DNA of 64,000 bases from Lingula anatina (Eukaryota > Animalia > Brachiopoda), in NCBI GenBank assembly GCA_051362555.1, contig CM120640.1, positions 43,006,788 to 43,070,787 of the forward strand, written 5' to 3'. Both the position numbers and the translations under genes were made by a program. A model generated the notes under the pieces. The model was not told the origin of the DNA. It was given only the letters and a program-made list of their open reading frames with translations, and searched no databases. Below, in pieces: positions 14,587 through 28,300 of this stretch. The stretch's first letter is position 1; each line of letters opens with the position of its first letter.

Positions 14587-16818
14587 TCATGTTTCAATTG
14601 TGTCGGGCTTAATTTGCATCACCGTATAGTTAAGCCTCAAAGGTGTATTAGAAGGAGCACCCCAACGTAGATATTTTAGAGGTGTGTTCTGCGCGGCGCT
14701 ACCTCACCAATCCATCCACCAACCACAACTATAATCAACAGTTACCATCAGGATTCTCATTGTTGTCACGATCGAACATGGTGAATGCCATCCTCTTCGC
14801 TGTCCACTCGGATGGATTTTCGGAGCTGTAAGTCAGTAAATCAATGACGTTTCCTGAAAAATCTCCATCAATTTGTAATCTGAAGTTACGAGTTTCGTCG
14901 ACAATTCTGAAGGAACTGTACTGAGCCCAGTAATACGAGTTATTTTCACTGAAAAAATAGTTTGAATAAAGTTCATTACCTTTTTTTAACATACATTTCG
15001 AAAAACAACACAAATGTACTAACATAAATCTTCACTAATACACACACAAAAGAAAGATGAAGGTGATGTCCCAATCAATATTGCAGTTCTTAAAAATGAA
15101 AATGTCTTTAAAATGTACTTCAAAATGTATTTTAGAAAATGTTTTATTTGTCTGATGTTTTTCTTAGAATTGACATTTTTTTTAAATATTTATATGTACC
15201 ATCCAACTTTTAGTTGAAAATAAATAGTATTATTACATTTATGTCTCAGTCCAAATTATTTTCATAACTGAATGTTTATACGGGTAACTGAAGGAAACTG
15301 TACGCTAACAATCGATGTTTTTGTATGCCTTTTCTAAGGTGATGTACAGTATATTCAGATAAATGTTCTCTTACCCGTTGTCCATGCATTTCTATACGCT
15401 AACGATAAGTGGACTGTTTAGCAAGCGATAGATTGCGTCATTGTCCATCCAGAAACCTTTTGTAAGACATCCAAATCCCTCTTTATATCCTTTCCAATCT
15501 GAAATATACGTAATACATGAAAGATCCGTTAATATCAGTGTTTTATGGAGGCATGTTGCCTACGGTTCTTGCTGCAATATAGAATATCATTACTACAGTA
15601 TAATTCATATACATATTCTTTGATATTCATATTACACACAGGGTCACCTCTTTTGAAATCTTCATCTCCTAAATTTCTCTGAATGACTGTCCAGCCGTCC
15701 TTACAATAAGCAGGGAAGGTTGTAGTGGCGCCATCTGTTTGGATGTTATACACTCCTGGAGATGTCAGCCCAGATGTATAGATCTCTGTGCAATCTATTT
15801 GGAACGGAGGGGAAACAAATTTTTATACAAAACAGGAAAATTGAAACGATGCACCTTTTTCAAAAAATAAAAAATTAAAGAAATAAAAAAGAAATATGAA
15901 TATAAATAATAAGTATTCCCACATCTGTTCAGAGGAACAAGAGGGACAAGAAACTCTAATTTTATGCATGCATACAATTGTATATTATATAATGGTACCA
16001 GTATGAAAGAACCATTACAAATGAAAATTGTGTCATTGTTTCAGCACTTACAGTGTCTGGATGCATTTGCCACTAAAATACAAAAGGCGTTGATAGTAAC
16101 GCAAGGCAATCAAACAGCACAGTAGTTCACGGAACTACACTTGTATTTTATTGAACTCTTTTAATGCTTGAGAATGATTAAAGTTCTTCACTTACCGCGA
16201 AACGCTCTTTTCCCCCGATATATACATGTACGTTCACTTTGAAAGCTTCTTAGAAAGTGTACCAAGTATAAGTGAACAATAATGAATTGAATTGAATATA
16301 CATCAAATTAGACTAAACGTAAGTAATAGCAAACGACCTGAAGTAATCAAGCGTTGATCTAAAGAAAATATTCTTTTTTACCTGTAAAAAACTCTCTCTT
16401 TTTAAAGGCATATTTATATAGATACAGGTACATTTACGATATAATTATAAATTACCTTTTCGTCTGTATCATAGAAATTTTGGCTTTCTTTGTGTAGTTT
16501 TCTGTCTCACTTTACTGTAACTCTGACACCCAGGCGTCATAATAGTGGTGCTCCCATATCTCTCTGGGTCTTCGCTCGGAATTTCTCCACACCAACTTGT
16601 ATCAAGTTAAAGGACTGACATCTTGGATTGGACAAATAAGCATAGGAATATTCAAGTACGCTTCCAACATTATAAATCTCCTCCGTACTTCCAATAATAC
16701 AGAGATTCTGTTTGAATAACATTTTAAATTTACCTATTCGTACCTTTTTAGAGGACGCAAAGCCATTTATCAAAATGCTAATATACAAGATTGGCGAAAT
16801 AACTGTCCACATTTTCAT
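14587..16818 (-). pseudogene. PAN-FReD copy A, full-length pseudogene
   Basis: All 5 exons are recognisable. Lesions: 13-nt deletion in exon 1 (~16577), insertion in exon 2 (16221-16230), a frameshift in exon 4, a deletion after GNC and an in-frame TGA (WMDW*G) in exon 5. Confidence 0.88.
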
Positions 16819-17420
16819 TTGTGTCTGACATTTTAGTTTTAGAAAACGTTCAGTATTCTAAAATGAACTTCATTCCCGATCTACAAGTATTTCTTAGGCA
16901 GAAACAGAGAGCTCTGTGCTTTTACCGGTATGCTGACGGTCGATTTCGAACAGTGACCTCATACACTAATAACGAGAAAGAGTTCTACATCATTTTTCAT
17001 GGGCACGCAGGGGATTAGGAACTTCAATTACTGTAGTTCATAGTGCATGTATAGTCAAGAGGAAAGGCCTACTCAATTATGCTTTTCTAAATACGGTCTG
17101 TAGCAAAATTAAATACAGCTATGGGGATTCGGGTCACCAGTCCTTAGGAATCCCTTTGTTCAAACCAAAACTCATTGGCCTAATCTTATTTTGCAAAAAA
17201 CTTGTTATTTAAAAATGAATTGGCTTCACTTTACGTTTCAAAAATATTTTGATGAATAATTATTTTTAAATCTTTTAGAGTATTTATGAAGAACCGTCTT
17301 AGTTTATAAGAACTTATAGTTGATTTAATTTCTTTTAACATTGTGCAACCAGAATCTTCGGGTTGCAATTTTACTGAACTAACTATTTTATAAAGATTAA
17401 GTACTGGTGGACCCAGGGTT

Positions 17421-17529
<109 letters not shown>

Positions 17530-18978
17530 TTGGGGGGGGGGGAGGCGGGCACAAGGATAACAAAATACAAAATAGCCTTGTCGTTAACGTTAAGAAAATA
17601 TTAAAAATAGCAAGTGCAAGTGAAATTTAAGTAGTTTATTTTATATAATACACGCAGGTGAATATATGTCAACGATATTTTGTATTTACTGCAAGTATTG
17701 AGCATTTGGTTGATAGACTGCTGTTTTTGTGTCTGGAAACTAGCGTCTAAAAGTCTGCAAGGTCAAGGAAGCATTGGATAAAAAGACGATCCTCCCTTTT
17801 AAAACAATTTGAACCCAACGTGCAACGTGTATTTTAAAGAAAGATGCAACAATATCGGAAACTAGCATATTGAGCATTCGTAATATTTTGGTGTCAGGGA
17901 TGAATTTTTGAGTAATTATTTAAGATTGTAAGCTTTTCTTAATTTAACAGTATCTCGGCGATTTAGCCTTGGTGCGTATTATGTCGTCCAGTTCATTGCC
18001 TTCACTTATCATATTACCAATGCACTATGGCCATTCAGGCAGCGTTTCTGGCAAAAACATGTTCTGTTTTTCCTGGATTTTATAAAAACAGCAAGTGTAA
18101 ACAGTACATAAACTTGTGAAAAATCGAAAGATTTTGTTTCTTATTTGGAACAGTTATGCCACATTTAACTAACAAGCATTTACATTATGTCATTGAAGTA
18201 ATTTGATCAGATCACAATTGCATGTGTCTGGCCTTTTGCCAATCATGAAACAACATTTATAAGACACTTATAAATGGTTCTAGGGCATTATTAGTATTGT
18301 TAAATGGGTGGGCATTTATTATTTAAATTCATTACTTTGAAGAGACTTTGGTTTCTAATTTTGGCGTCTCAGCCTGAATTAAAAAATTGAATTTAAGAGT
18401 GAGGATTAATTGTACATCACTTCCATGATGTAGAGTATACAAATCACCCGTCCCCCGGGGCTATACGTCACCGTACTTTGTATATTTATCAAAACCTTAT
18501 AATTAAATTAATTTATTGGTTGAACCAAGAGCAAACACAATAAGATACATGAAAACACAGTAGTAACAGCAGTAAAGTAGTGATGTATGGTACGTTTTGT
18601 ACATGTTTATGTCTATAGGGGCCTGGATAATACTGATTCTCTGAGCTAAACCTATTTTATTTAATAGAGTGCCATATCCTGAGGTTTATTTAGAATAAAA
18701 TCTACCAATGTTTTAGATAACTCCTCACAAGTAGGGCATACACCAAAGCGAAACTACCAAAGGAGATGGGTAAATTTATTTCGGTTTAATTCATCCCAGT
18801 TATGATTTTTTCGCCCAAAATTACATAGTAAAAATTACAGTGTGTAACCACATATAGGGCAAAGAAAGCCTGAAACTAGGATTTAAGGGCTAGAGTGTAA
18901 GAAGCTTGAGTGGCTTAAAGCACACGGATTTCTTATTGGCGACTGGAAATGTGCACCACACTCCAATCGTCTTTATTC

Positions 18979-19021
<43 letters not shown>

Positions 19022-19641
19022 GGGGTAGGGTGGGGGGTAAATAAGTCATAAGTTCCACTATTGTACTCATATGCAGTAAAGTTGAAAAATGAGAGACAAA
19101 TTAAATAAAAAACCAAAAAATCCATCAGGAAATGAATTGCCCTTTTACAGGTGAGATAAATATTTATGTACAATGACAAAAAGGTGACTGGTACAATATG
19201 TCTTGTTACCACCGAGCGGAGTATTTTGTAAAGAGCGACTTGATTTACTCTGTTAGATCTACATTGTTGTAAAATAAATACTGAAGATATTTCAGTTTTT
19301 TTAAAATCAAATTGTGGGAGTGAAAGAATGGCGTAATCAGTCGTTTTATCTCTGCCTTTACTTGTTCAGATGAATATATATTCTTACAGCGTTTATATGA
19401 CAGCATACATTTTGTTAAGTCTAAGATATCTCCTTGTCCACCTCTTTTTATACAATATGTCTGTCTGGCACGAACTAATTTAACAAATGTAGATAACGAG
19501 TAACCGTTTTTTTTTTTTTTTTTTTGCACAGAAAGATAAGGCTGTTTTTTTTTAACATAAAAGTTTCTGATGCCTTTGAAATATATCTTTCAACTGTGAC
19601 TCGTAAAGTTCATCACTGGGACGGCACGTAAATTCTGAGAG

Positions 19642-21965
19642 TCACGTTTCACCTGTGTCAGGCTTAATTTTCATCACCGTATATTTAAGCAGCAAAGGTG
19701 AATTATGAGGAGCTACACCCCATTGTAGACCACCGTTGATCGCGGCACTACCACACCAATTCATCCACCAACCACAACTAAAATCAACTGCACAGTTACC
19801 ACCAGGATTCTCATCGTTGTCACGATCGAACGTGGTGAATGCCATCCTGTTCGCTGTCCACTCGAGTGGATTTTTGGAGCTGTAAGTCAGTAAATCAATG
19901 ACGTTTCCTGAAAAATCTCCATCAATTTGTAATCTGTAGTTACGAGCTTCGTCGTCAATTCTGAAGGAACTGTACTGAGCCCAGAAATACGAGTTATTTT
20001 CACTGAAAAAAAGTAGTTTGTATAAAGATCATTACTTTTTTCTACAGACATTTCGAAAAAAAACACAAATGTACTAACATAAACCTTCATTAATACACAC
20101 AAAAGAAATATGAAGGTGATGTCACAATAAATTACATTAACAGTTCTTAAAGATGAAAATGTCTTCAAAATGTATTTTAAAATGTACTTTAGAAAATGTT
20201 TTAATGTCTATGTTTTTTTTTTTTTTTTTTTTTTGGAATTACCATTTTTATAATTAACGTGTACCATGTAGTTGAAAATAAATATTATTATTACATTTAT
20301 GTCTCAGTCCAAGCTATTTTCATAACTTTATGTTTGTACGGGTAACTGAATAAATCTGTACGCTAACAATCGATGTTTTTGTGGATTTTCTAAGGTGATA
20401 TACGGTATATTCAGATAAATGTTCTCTTACCCGGTGCCCATCATTTCTATACGCAAGCTATAAGTAGACTGTTTAGTAAGGCGATAGATTGCGTCATTTC
20501 CCAACCAGAAACTTTTTGTAAGACATCCAAATCCCTCTTTGTATCCTTTCCAATCTGAAATATGCGAAATACATAAAAAAATCCGTTAATATCAGTGTTT
20601 TATGGAGGCATATTGCCTACGGTTCTGGCTGTGGTATAGAATATCATTACTATTATTCATATACATATGATGCATATTCATATAACATACATGTACCTAC
20701 CCAGAACGGTAATAACATGTGTTAAACAAGCACACAGGCACAAGCATGTTTTAAGTACAAAGAATTAAAAAGCAAGCTAAGCAAATTCAAACGTTCTAAT
20801 TTGACAGCGTCACCTCTTTTGAAATCTTCATCTCCTAAATTTCTCTGAATGACTGTCCAGCCGTCCTTACAGTAAGCAGGGAAGGTTGTAGTGGCGCCAT
20901 CTGTTTGGATGTTATACACTCCTGGAGATGTCAGCCCAGATGTATAGATCTCTGAGCAATCTATTTGGAACGGAGGGGAAACAAAATTTTTACAAAACAG
21001 TTAAGTTGAAACGGTGGACCTTTTTCAAAAATTAAAGCAATAAAAAAGAAATATTAATATTAATAAAAAGTATTCCTACATCTGTTCAGAGGAACAACAG
21101 GGACAAGAAACCAATTTAATGTATACATACAATTGTATGTATATAATGGTACCAGTATGAAAGAACCATTGCAAATGAAAATTGTGCCATTGCCACTAAA
21201 ATACAAAATGCGTAGATAGTAACACAAGGCAATCAAACAGCACAGACTTATTTCACGGGACTGCACTTGTATTTTATTAAACTGTTTTAACGCTGGAGTA
21301 TGATTAAAGTTCTTCACTTACCGCGAAACGCCCCTTTTCCCGATACGTTCACTTTGAAAGCTACCTAGAACGTGTACCAAGTATAAGTGAACAATATTGA
21401 ATTGAACTGAACATCTATCAAATTAAACGAAGCGTAAGTAGTAGCAAACGACCTGAGGTAATAAAGCGTTGATCTAAAGTAAATATTCCCTTTTTGAAAT
21501 GTTAAATACTCTTTCCGCATTTCCTTTTAAAGGCATATTTATATATAGAGAGGGAGAGATACATTTACGATATAATTGAAAATTACCTTTTTTCCGTATC
21601 ATAGAAACTTTGGCTTTTTTTCTGGAGTTTTCTGTCTTACTTACTTTTCTGTAACTCTGGCACCCAGGCGTCATCATAGTGGTGCTCCCACATCTCTCTG
21701 GGTCTTCGCTGATCAGTTCACAAAGGAATTTCTCCACACCAACTTGTATCCAGTTAAAGGTCTGGCATCTCGGATTGGACAAACAGGCATTGGAACATTC
21801 ACCTACGCTTCCAACATAATAAACCTCCTCCGTATTTCCAATAATGCAGAGATTCTGTTCGAATAACTTTTTAAATTTACCTATTCGTATTTTTTTAGAG
21901 GACGCAAAGCCATTTAATAAAATGCTAATATACAAGAATGGCGAAATAAATGTCCACATTTTCAT
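19642..21965 (-). CDS. secreted PAN/Apple + fibrinogen-related domain protein, copy B (intact, 331 aa)
   Basis: Exons 21965-21645, 21364-21322, 20960-20814, 20554-20431, 20002-19642 total 996 nt, open frame, GT-AG introns. Hydrophobic N-terminus; PAN-type CSNACLSNPRCQTFN...CEL; FReD motifs [46 protein letters not shown]. Confidence 0.9.
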
Positions 21966-22095
21966 TTGTGTCTGACGTTTTAGTTTTAGTTTTAGTTCAG
22001 TATTCTAAAACGAACTTCAATTCCTATCCACTAGTATTTCTTAGGCAGAAACAGAGAGCTCTGGGTTTTTATGCGGAACGTCGATATTCGAACAG

Positions 22096-22103
22096 TGACG
22101 TCA
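22096..22103. promoter_or_regulatory. CRE/ATF palindrome TGACGTCA upstream of copy B
   Basis: Perfect site ~130 nt upstream of the ATG and ~25 nt upstream of a CATAAAA TATA-like box on the minus strand; also perfect at 33888-33895 (copy D), with one-mismatch versions before A and C. Confidence 0.4.
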
Positions 22104-22399
22104 TACATGAACGAGAAAGAGAGAGTATTACATCATTTTTCATGGGCACACAGGGAATTAGGAAATTCAACTATATTGGCATATTAAGCATCCGTAATAG
22201 TTTCTATTCAAAAATGAAAATAATAACAATTTTTTGGGATATTGATTTAAGCTTGTAAGCTTTCCTTAATTCAACAGTATCTCGGCGATTCAGCCTTGAT
22301 GCGTGTTGTCTTCCAGTGCATTGCCTTCAATAGTCTTATTATCACCGCACCATAGCCATTCACGCAGCGCGTCCGACAATTTTTTTTGAATGCATTTCT

Positions 22400-22431
<32 letters not shown>

Positions 22432-23434
22432 CATTCTGTTCTTCATGGATTTAATAAAATCAGCTGTGCATAAGTGTTTATAGTTCATAAAAAAAGTCCA
22501 AACATTTGTTCTTATTTGGTTAAGCCATATTAAACTAACAACGATTTATATTATGTGATTGAAGGCATTTGATCAGATCACTAATTAATGTAGATGATCT
22601 ATAAAACATCTGTCCCTCGATCAAAGAACTGCGGCAAAGCATGATTATGGATGAATCAGTTAAAGACGCACGTGCCTGGTCTTTTGTCAATCATGCAAAA
22701 ATATTTACATGACATTTACTATGGGTCTAGGGTCATATTTATAAAATTATTATTAAATAGTTGGATATTTGTTATTTAAACTCATTACTTTGAAGAAACT
22801 TTGGTTTCTTAATTTAGCTGGGTGTTTGTGTGGTTGTGTGTGTGTGTGTGTGGGGGGGGGGATCAAATAAACCATTTGTTCCACTATTGTACTCATATGA
22901 AATATAGCTGAAAAATGAAAGCAAAATGAAATAATCCACCAGAAAATCAATTGCCCGTTTACAGGTGAGACAAATATTTATGTATAATGACAAAAGGTGA
23001 CTGGTACAATATGTCTTGTTACCACCGAGAGGAGCATTTTGTGAAGAGCGACTTGATTTACTCTGTTAGATCTATATTGTTGGAAAATAAACACTAAAGA
23101 TTACCTTAGATTTTCAGTTTTTTTTAATCAAATTGTTGGGATGAAATAATGAAGTAATCAGTCGTTTTCTCCCTCTCTTTACTTGTTCAGATGAATACAT
23201 ATTCTTACAGCGTTGTTATGACAGCATACATTTAGTCAGGTCTAAGTTATCTTGTTCCTTGTCTACCTCTATGTGTGTTTGGCGCGAACTAATTCATAAA
23301 ATGTAGATAATGAGTAACCGATTTTTGCACAGAAAGGTATGGCTGTTTTTTTAACTTAAAAGTCTTTTACGTCTTTGAAATATATCTTTCAACTGTGACT
23401 CGTAAAGTTCATCGCTGGGACCGAACATGTTAGT

Positions 23435-23731
23435 CAGGCTTAATTTTCATTACCGTATAGCAGCAAAAGTGAATTAAAAGGAACTACACTCTATTGTAGA
23501 CCACCGTTAATCACGACACTACTACACTGATTCATCCAACAACCGTCCATTAAAACCAATTGCGCAGCTGCCATCAGGGTTCTCATCATTGCCCTACCGA
23601 ACGTGGTGAATGCCGTTCTGTTCACTGTCCACACGGGTGGATTTTTGGAGCTGTAAGTCAGTACCATGAATTTACTCATTACCCATCATTTCTATACGCA
23701 AACGTTAAGTGGACTGTTGAGTAAAGCGATA
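23435..23731 (-). pseudogene. PAN-FReD remnant C' (degenerate pieces of exons 4 and 5)
   Basis: LTYSSKNPPVWTVNRTAFTTFGR...GCWMNQCSSVVINGGLQ* with frameshifts, abutting an exon-4 piece (LRIEMMG). Confidence 0.8.
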
Positions 23732-25323
23732 GCCTCATTGTTAACATTAAAAAAATGTACAAAAGAGTAAAAATATAAAATTTTAAATTAATTTGTTCAT
23801 CTTAAATACCACACGCAGGTGAACATATGCTAACGATATTCTGTATTTACTGCAAATATTGACCATTTAGTTGACATACTGCAGGTTTAATGTCTGGACG
23901 CCAGTCTACAAGGTCAAGCAACAACTGGATATAAAGATGACCTTGCCTTTTAAAATAGCTTGAACCCAACGTGCAACGTGTATTTTAAGTTAGACGCTAA
24001 CATCATCCCCTCTTTTACAACACCAATCTGATTACAGAACAAATTTTCGTAATACAGGAGACTAGTGTATTTAGCATCCGTTATAATTTCGTTTCAGAAA
24101 TGAAAATAATGACCAATGATTTGGATAACGATTTACGCTTGTAAGCTTTACCAAACTCTGCAATCTTTTTCTAATTCGACGCATTTCAGCCTTGGTGAGT
24201 GTTATGTCATCCAGGTCGTTGTCTTCGATTGTCTCATTACCACCGCTTCATGATCTATTCAGACAGCGCGTTCGATAATCACTTGAGCGCATTTTTGGCA
24301 AAAAAGGTTTGTTTTGTTTTTCCTGGACTCATAAAAGCTCTTATGCATAAGTGTTACAGTACATATACTTGTGAAAAAATCCAACCATTTGGAACAGTTA
24401 ATCCATATTACACTAACAACCATTTATTATGTCATTGAAGGCATTTGATCAGATCACAAATTGACCGCAGGTGTATCTTTAAAACATCTGTCCCTCTATC
24501 AAAGAACTACGACAAAGCATGATTAATGTCAATACGATCTTCGCCACACCGGACAAAATAGTTTACCCATTTTAAACGTAGTTGCCGTATTTAACTGGCC
24601 TCTTGTCAATCATGAAAAATATTAACAAGACACTTACAAATTGCTCTAGGACCTTGATATTATTATAAAATGGGTGGACAAAATACACCAAAGCGAAACC
24701 ACCAAAGGAAATGGGTAAATTTACAATTTACTTAAGGTTCATTCATTTCAGGTATGGTTTACGTTCGGTATAAAAAAAGCCGTATTCAGAACAGTTGAAA
24801 AATGAAAGCGAAATGAAATACACGAATAATGCAATGGGAGATGAACTGCATGTTTACAGGTGAGAGAAATATTTACTGTATGTATGGGTGACAAAAAGGT
24901 GACTGGTACAAAAAGTCTTGTAACACCCGACTTGATTTACTATGTTAGATCGACATTGTAAAGAAATAAAATATCATTTTTTTAATCAAATTCGTGGGGG
25001 TAAAAGGGTATACAGTAACAAGTCGTTTAATCACTGTGTTTATTTGTTCAAATGAAAATATTCACTCACAGCATTGGTTTGACAACATAGTACGGCAACT
25101 CGAGATAACTCTTTCGACTGTCTCTTGTCCACCTCTTTTTATACAAAACTGAAAATCAATTGAATTGCGCTAAATGAACAAAAACAGATTACGAGTAATT
25201 TTAACCATGTAGAAAAGAAAAGTATGGTTGTTTTTTTTAGCTTAAAAACCTTTTACGACTAATATATTTTTCAACTGTGACTCGTATATTAAATGGATGG
25301 GACAAAACATGTTAGCAGTAGAG

Positions 25324-28300
25324 TCAAGGTTCGGCTGTGTCGGGCTTAATTTGCATCACCGTATAGTTAAGCCACAAAGGTGTATTATAAGGAGCCACAC
25401 CCCATTGTAGAAATTGTTTAGGTCTGTTGAGCGCGGCGCTACCACACCAATTCATCCACCAACCAGCATTGAAGCCAGTTGCGCAGTTACCGTCAGGCCA
25501 CTTATCGTTGTCACGATCAAATGTGCTGAATGCCATCCTGTTCGCTGTCCACTCAGGTTTATTTTGGTAGATGTTAGTCAGTAAATCAATAACGTTTCCA
25601 GAAAAATCCCCATCGAGTTGTAAGCTGTAGTTACGAGCTTCGTCGTCAATTCTGAAGGAACTGTGCTGAGCCCAAAAATACGAGTTCGATTCACTAAAAA
25701 AAGTAATTTCAGTAAGGTTAATTTTTTACTACACAGATTTCGAGAAAAAAATAAATCTACCAAAATGAAACCCAATTAATACACACACTAAAGAAATATT
25801 AAATGTTACTCAGTCCAAACTATTCTTATAACTGTGTTTAAACGGGTAACTGTAGGTAAACTGTGCGCTTACAACCATTGCTTTTGTATGCATTTTCTAA
25901 TGTGATATATATATATATGTGTGTGTGTGTTCTCTTACCCGGTGCCCATCATTTCTATACGCAAGCTATAAGTGGACTGTTTAGTAAGGCGATAGATTGC
26001 GTCATTTCCCAGCCAGAAACTTTTTGTAAGACATCCAAATCCCTCTTTATATCCTTTCCAATCTAAAATGTATATATAATACATAAAAAATCCGAAAACA
26101 TCAGCGTTTTCTAAAGCCTTACGGTTCAGGCTGCGGTATAGAATATCATTATTATTTTTCATGTACATTTGACACCTTTTAAATATAACATACGCGTAAG
26201 GCAGTTATATGTTTTAAACAAGCAAACGGACACACACGTCTTAAACACACGTCTTAAACAATAAAAAAAAGAAAGTGGATTCAAACATTCAGCGTCACCT
26301 CTATTGAAATCGCCATCTCCTAAATTTCTCTGAATGACTGTCCAGCCGTCCTTACAGTAAGCAGGGAAGGTTGTAGTGGCGCCATCTGTTTGGATGTTAT
26401 ACACTCCTGGAGATGTCAACCCAGATGTATAGATCTCTGTGCAATCTATTTGGAACGGCGGAGAAACAATTTTATACAAAACAGTATAATGGAAACGATA
26501 ATATTTTTTTCTAAAATGAAAATAAATCAAATAAATATACAAAATATTAATATAAATAAATAAATGAATTACTATTTCTACATCTGTTCAGAGGAACAAG
26601 AGGAACAAGAAATGTTATGTACAGACTTGACATTAAATATGGAGTATATTTATAATGCAAATCAAATCAAATCATTTTTCATCGATTTTTCCTATTTTGC
26701 TAACTTATAAATAAAAAATAAGGATTAAAATCGTGTTTTGATAACTTTTTATTATCTCTTTGATTACATTGTGGCATCAGTTCATTAACTGAAGCAAACA
26801 AAAATACATTGCCTATTCTAAGTCATGCAACAACCATTAAAAGCAATATTTTGGATCTCCATATTTTCCAAATAATATGTTAAGGAGTTACACGCCCTAT
26901 AAAGGACCCTTATGTCTAGTCACAGCAACGGTCCCTTTATCGCCTGGCCTTATCTGGCTGCTACCACGGCCCTCAAGCCGCAAGGCATTCCTTGGGATAA
27001 TTTTTTAGAGTTTAATCTAGAACAACATACTAGGCATCGGTTAAAACTTGTCTAATTTAGTTCCGATTGTTGTAGGACGTGTAGGCCGTTGATTCGGCGT
27101 GTACTCACCTATCCATATATTGTCTATGCGGTTCAAATATGGCGATTTTGATGACTAAGGGAGCTGCTCATTCCCTTGGGACTGTAAGTTATCTGCTATT
27201 TAAAGTAATCTATGTAAATCGGCAATCTCCTCGTGCAACCTTAAATTGTTCCTAAGGTGCTCCCTATCAAATCATAGTCAAGTGGTTCCCAGATTATTCC
27301 TTTATTTGCTGTGGTTCAGGTTTTCATCGATGACTACCATTGGTGTTTTGGTACCAGTGTGGTACCCACTCCAAATGTGGACGCCGTCAATGACCCTAGT
27401 CACTTTAGACGTGACACACGCGTCGTCGTAGGCCTCTTAAGGTTGTCTTTAAACTCTGTTTTGACTAGTCGAGCGGAACAGTTAAAATCCGACCTCAATA
27501 AAAAAAGCCGTGCGGTTTCAGTGTTCTACCCAGAAACGGCCATGGTCAGCAATTCATTAGAGAAACAGGCGACGATGTTTTGCTGTTTACAGTGGCTTCC
27601 TCAGAGGTCGTCTGGTATTCTAACCTGCTAAAACTAGTTTTGTCACTAAGGGTCTTGAAAAAAATGCGTTCTGGTGGCATTTTGTCTCTCATTCTGAACG
27701 GACTGGGTGGTGTTGTTTAACTGCAGCAGCATATTCGGAGGGGCAGTGATTCCTGTACAGTGGCGGTAAGATTTCAATACACTGGGTGTGGCCTCTGTGT
27801 AGGTACAACCGTTTGGGCACAACTCTATTAAATTGCGAACCGTCCCGTGTGACACGATAATCTGTCGGGCATTGCCAGTCTTTTTCGCGCCATTCTGGCA
27901 CAGATTAACAATTTTGTAAAACACTGCTTAACTCATTTAACTCACTGGAACCGACTGCTTGGATGCAAAATTTCAAATTCTCCTGTGAAGTAGTTGCCAA
28001 CATTTGCATAATTTTGACAGACCCATGCTTCGTTAAAGCAAAGCTTTGACCAACCCAAAAAGGAGAACTACCCATTTAAATCACTACATAGTACACAATG
28101 CAACAGATACGGTATTCACTTTATTGGTAGCAGAACACCCGAGTACACACTTCCCCATTCACATATCTTATATGAGATCTGAGTTTTTTTTTTAAGACCG
28201 CATTTTACCTAGGCATAACTTTAAAACTGAATATTCCATATTAAATGCCAAGTTTGTATATATATGAATTCAATTGTATGTATATAATGGTACTTGTATG

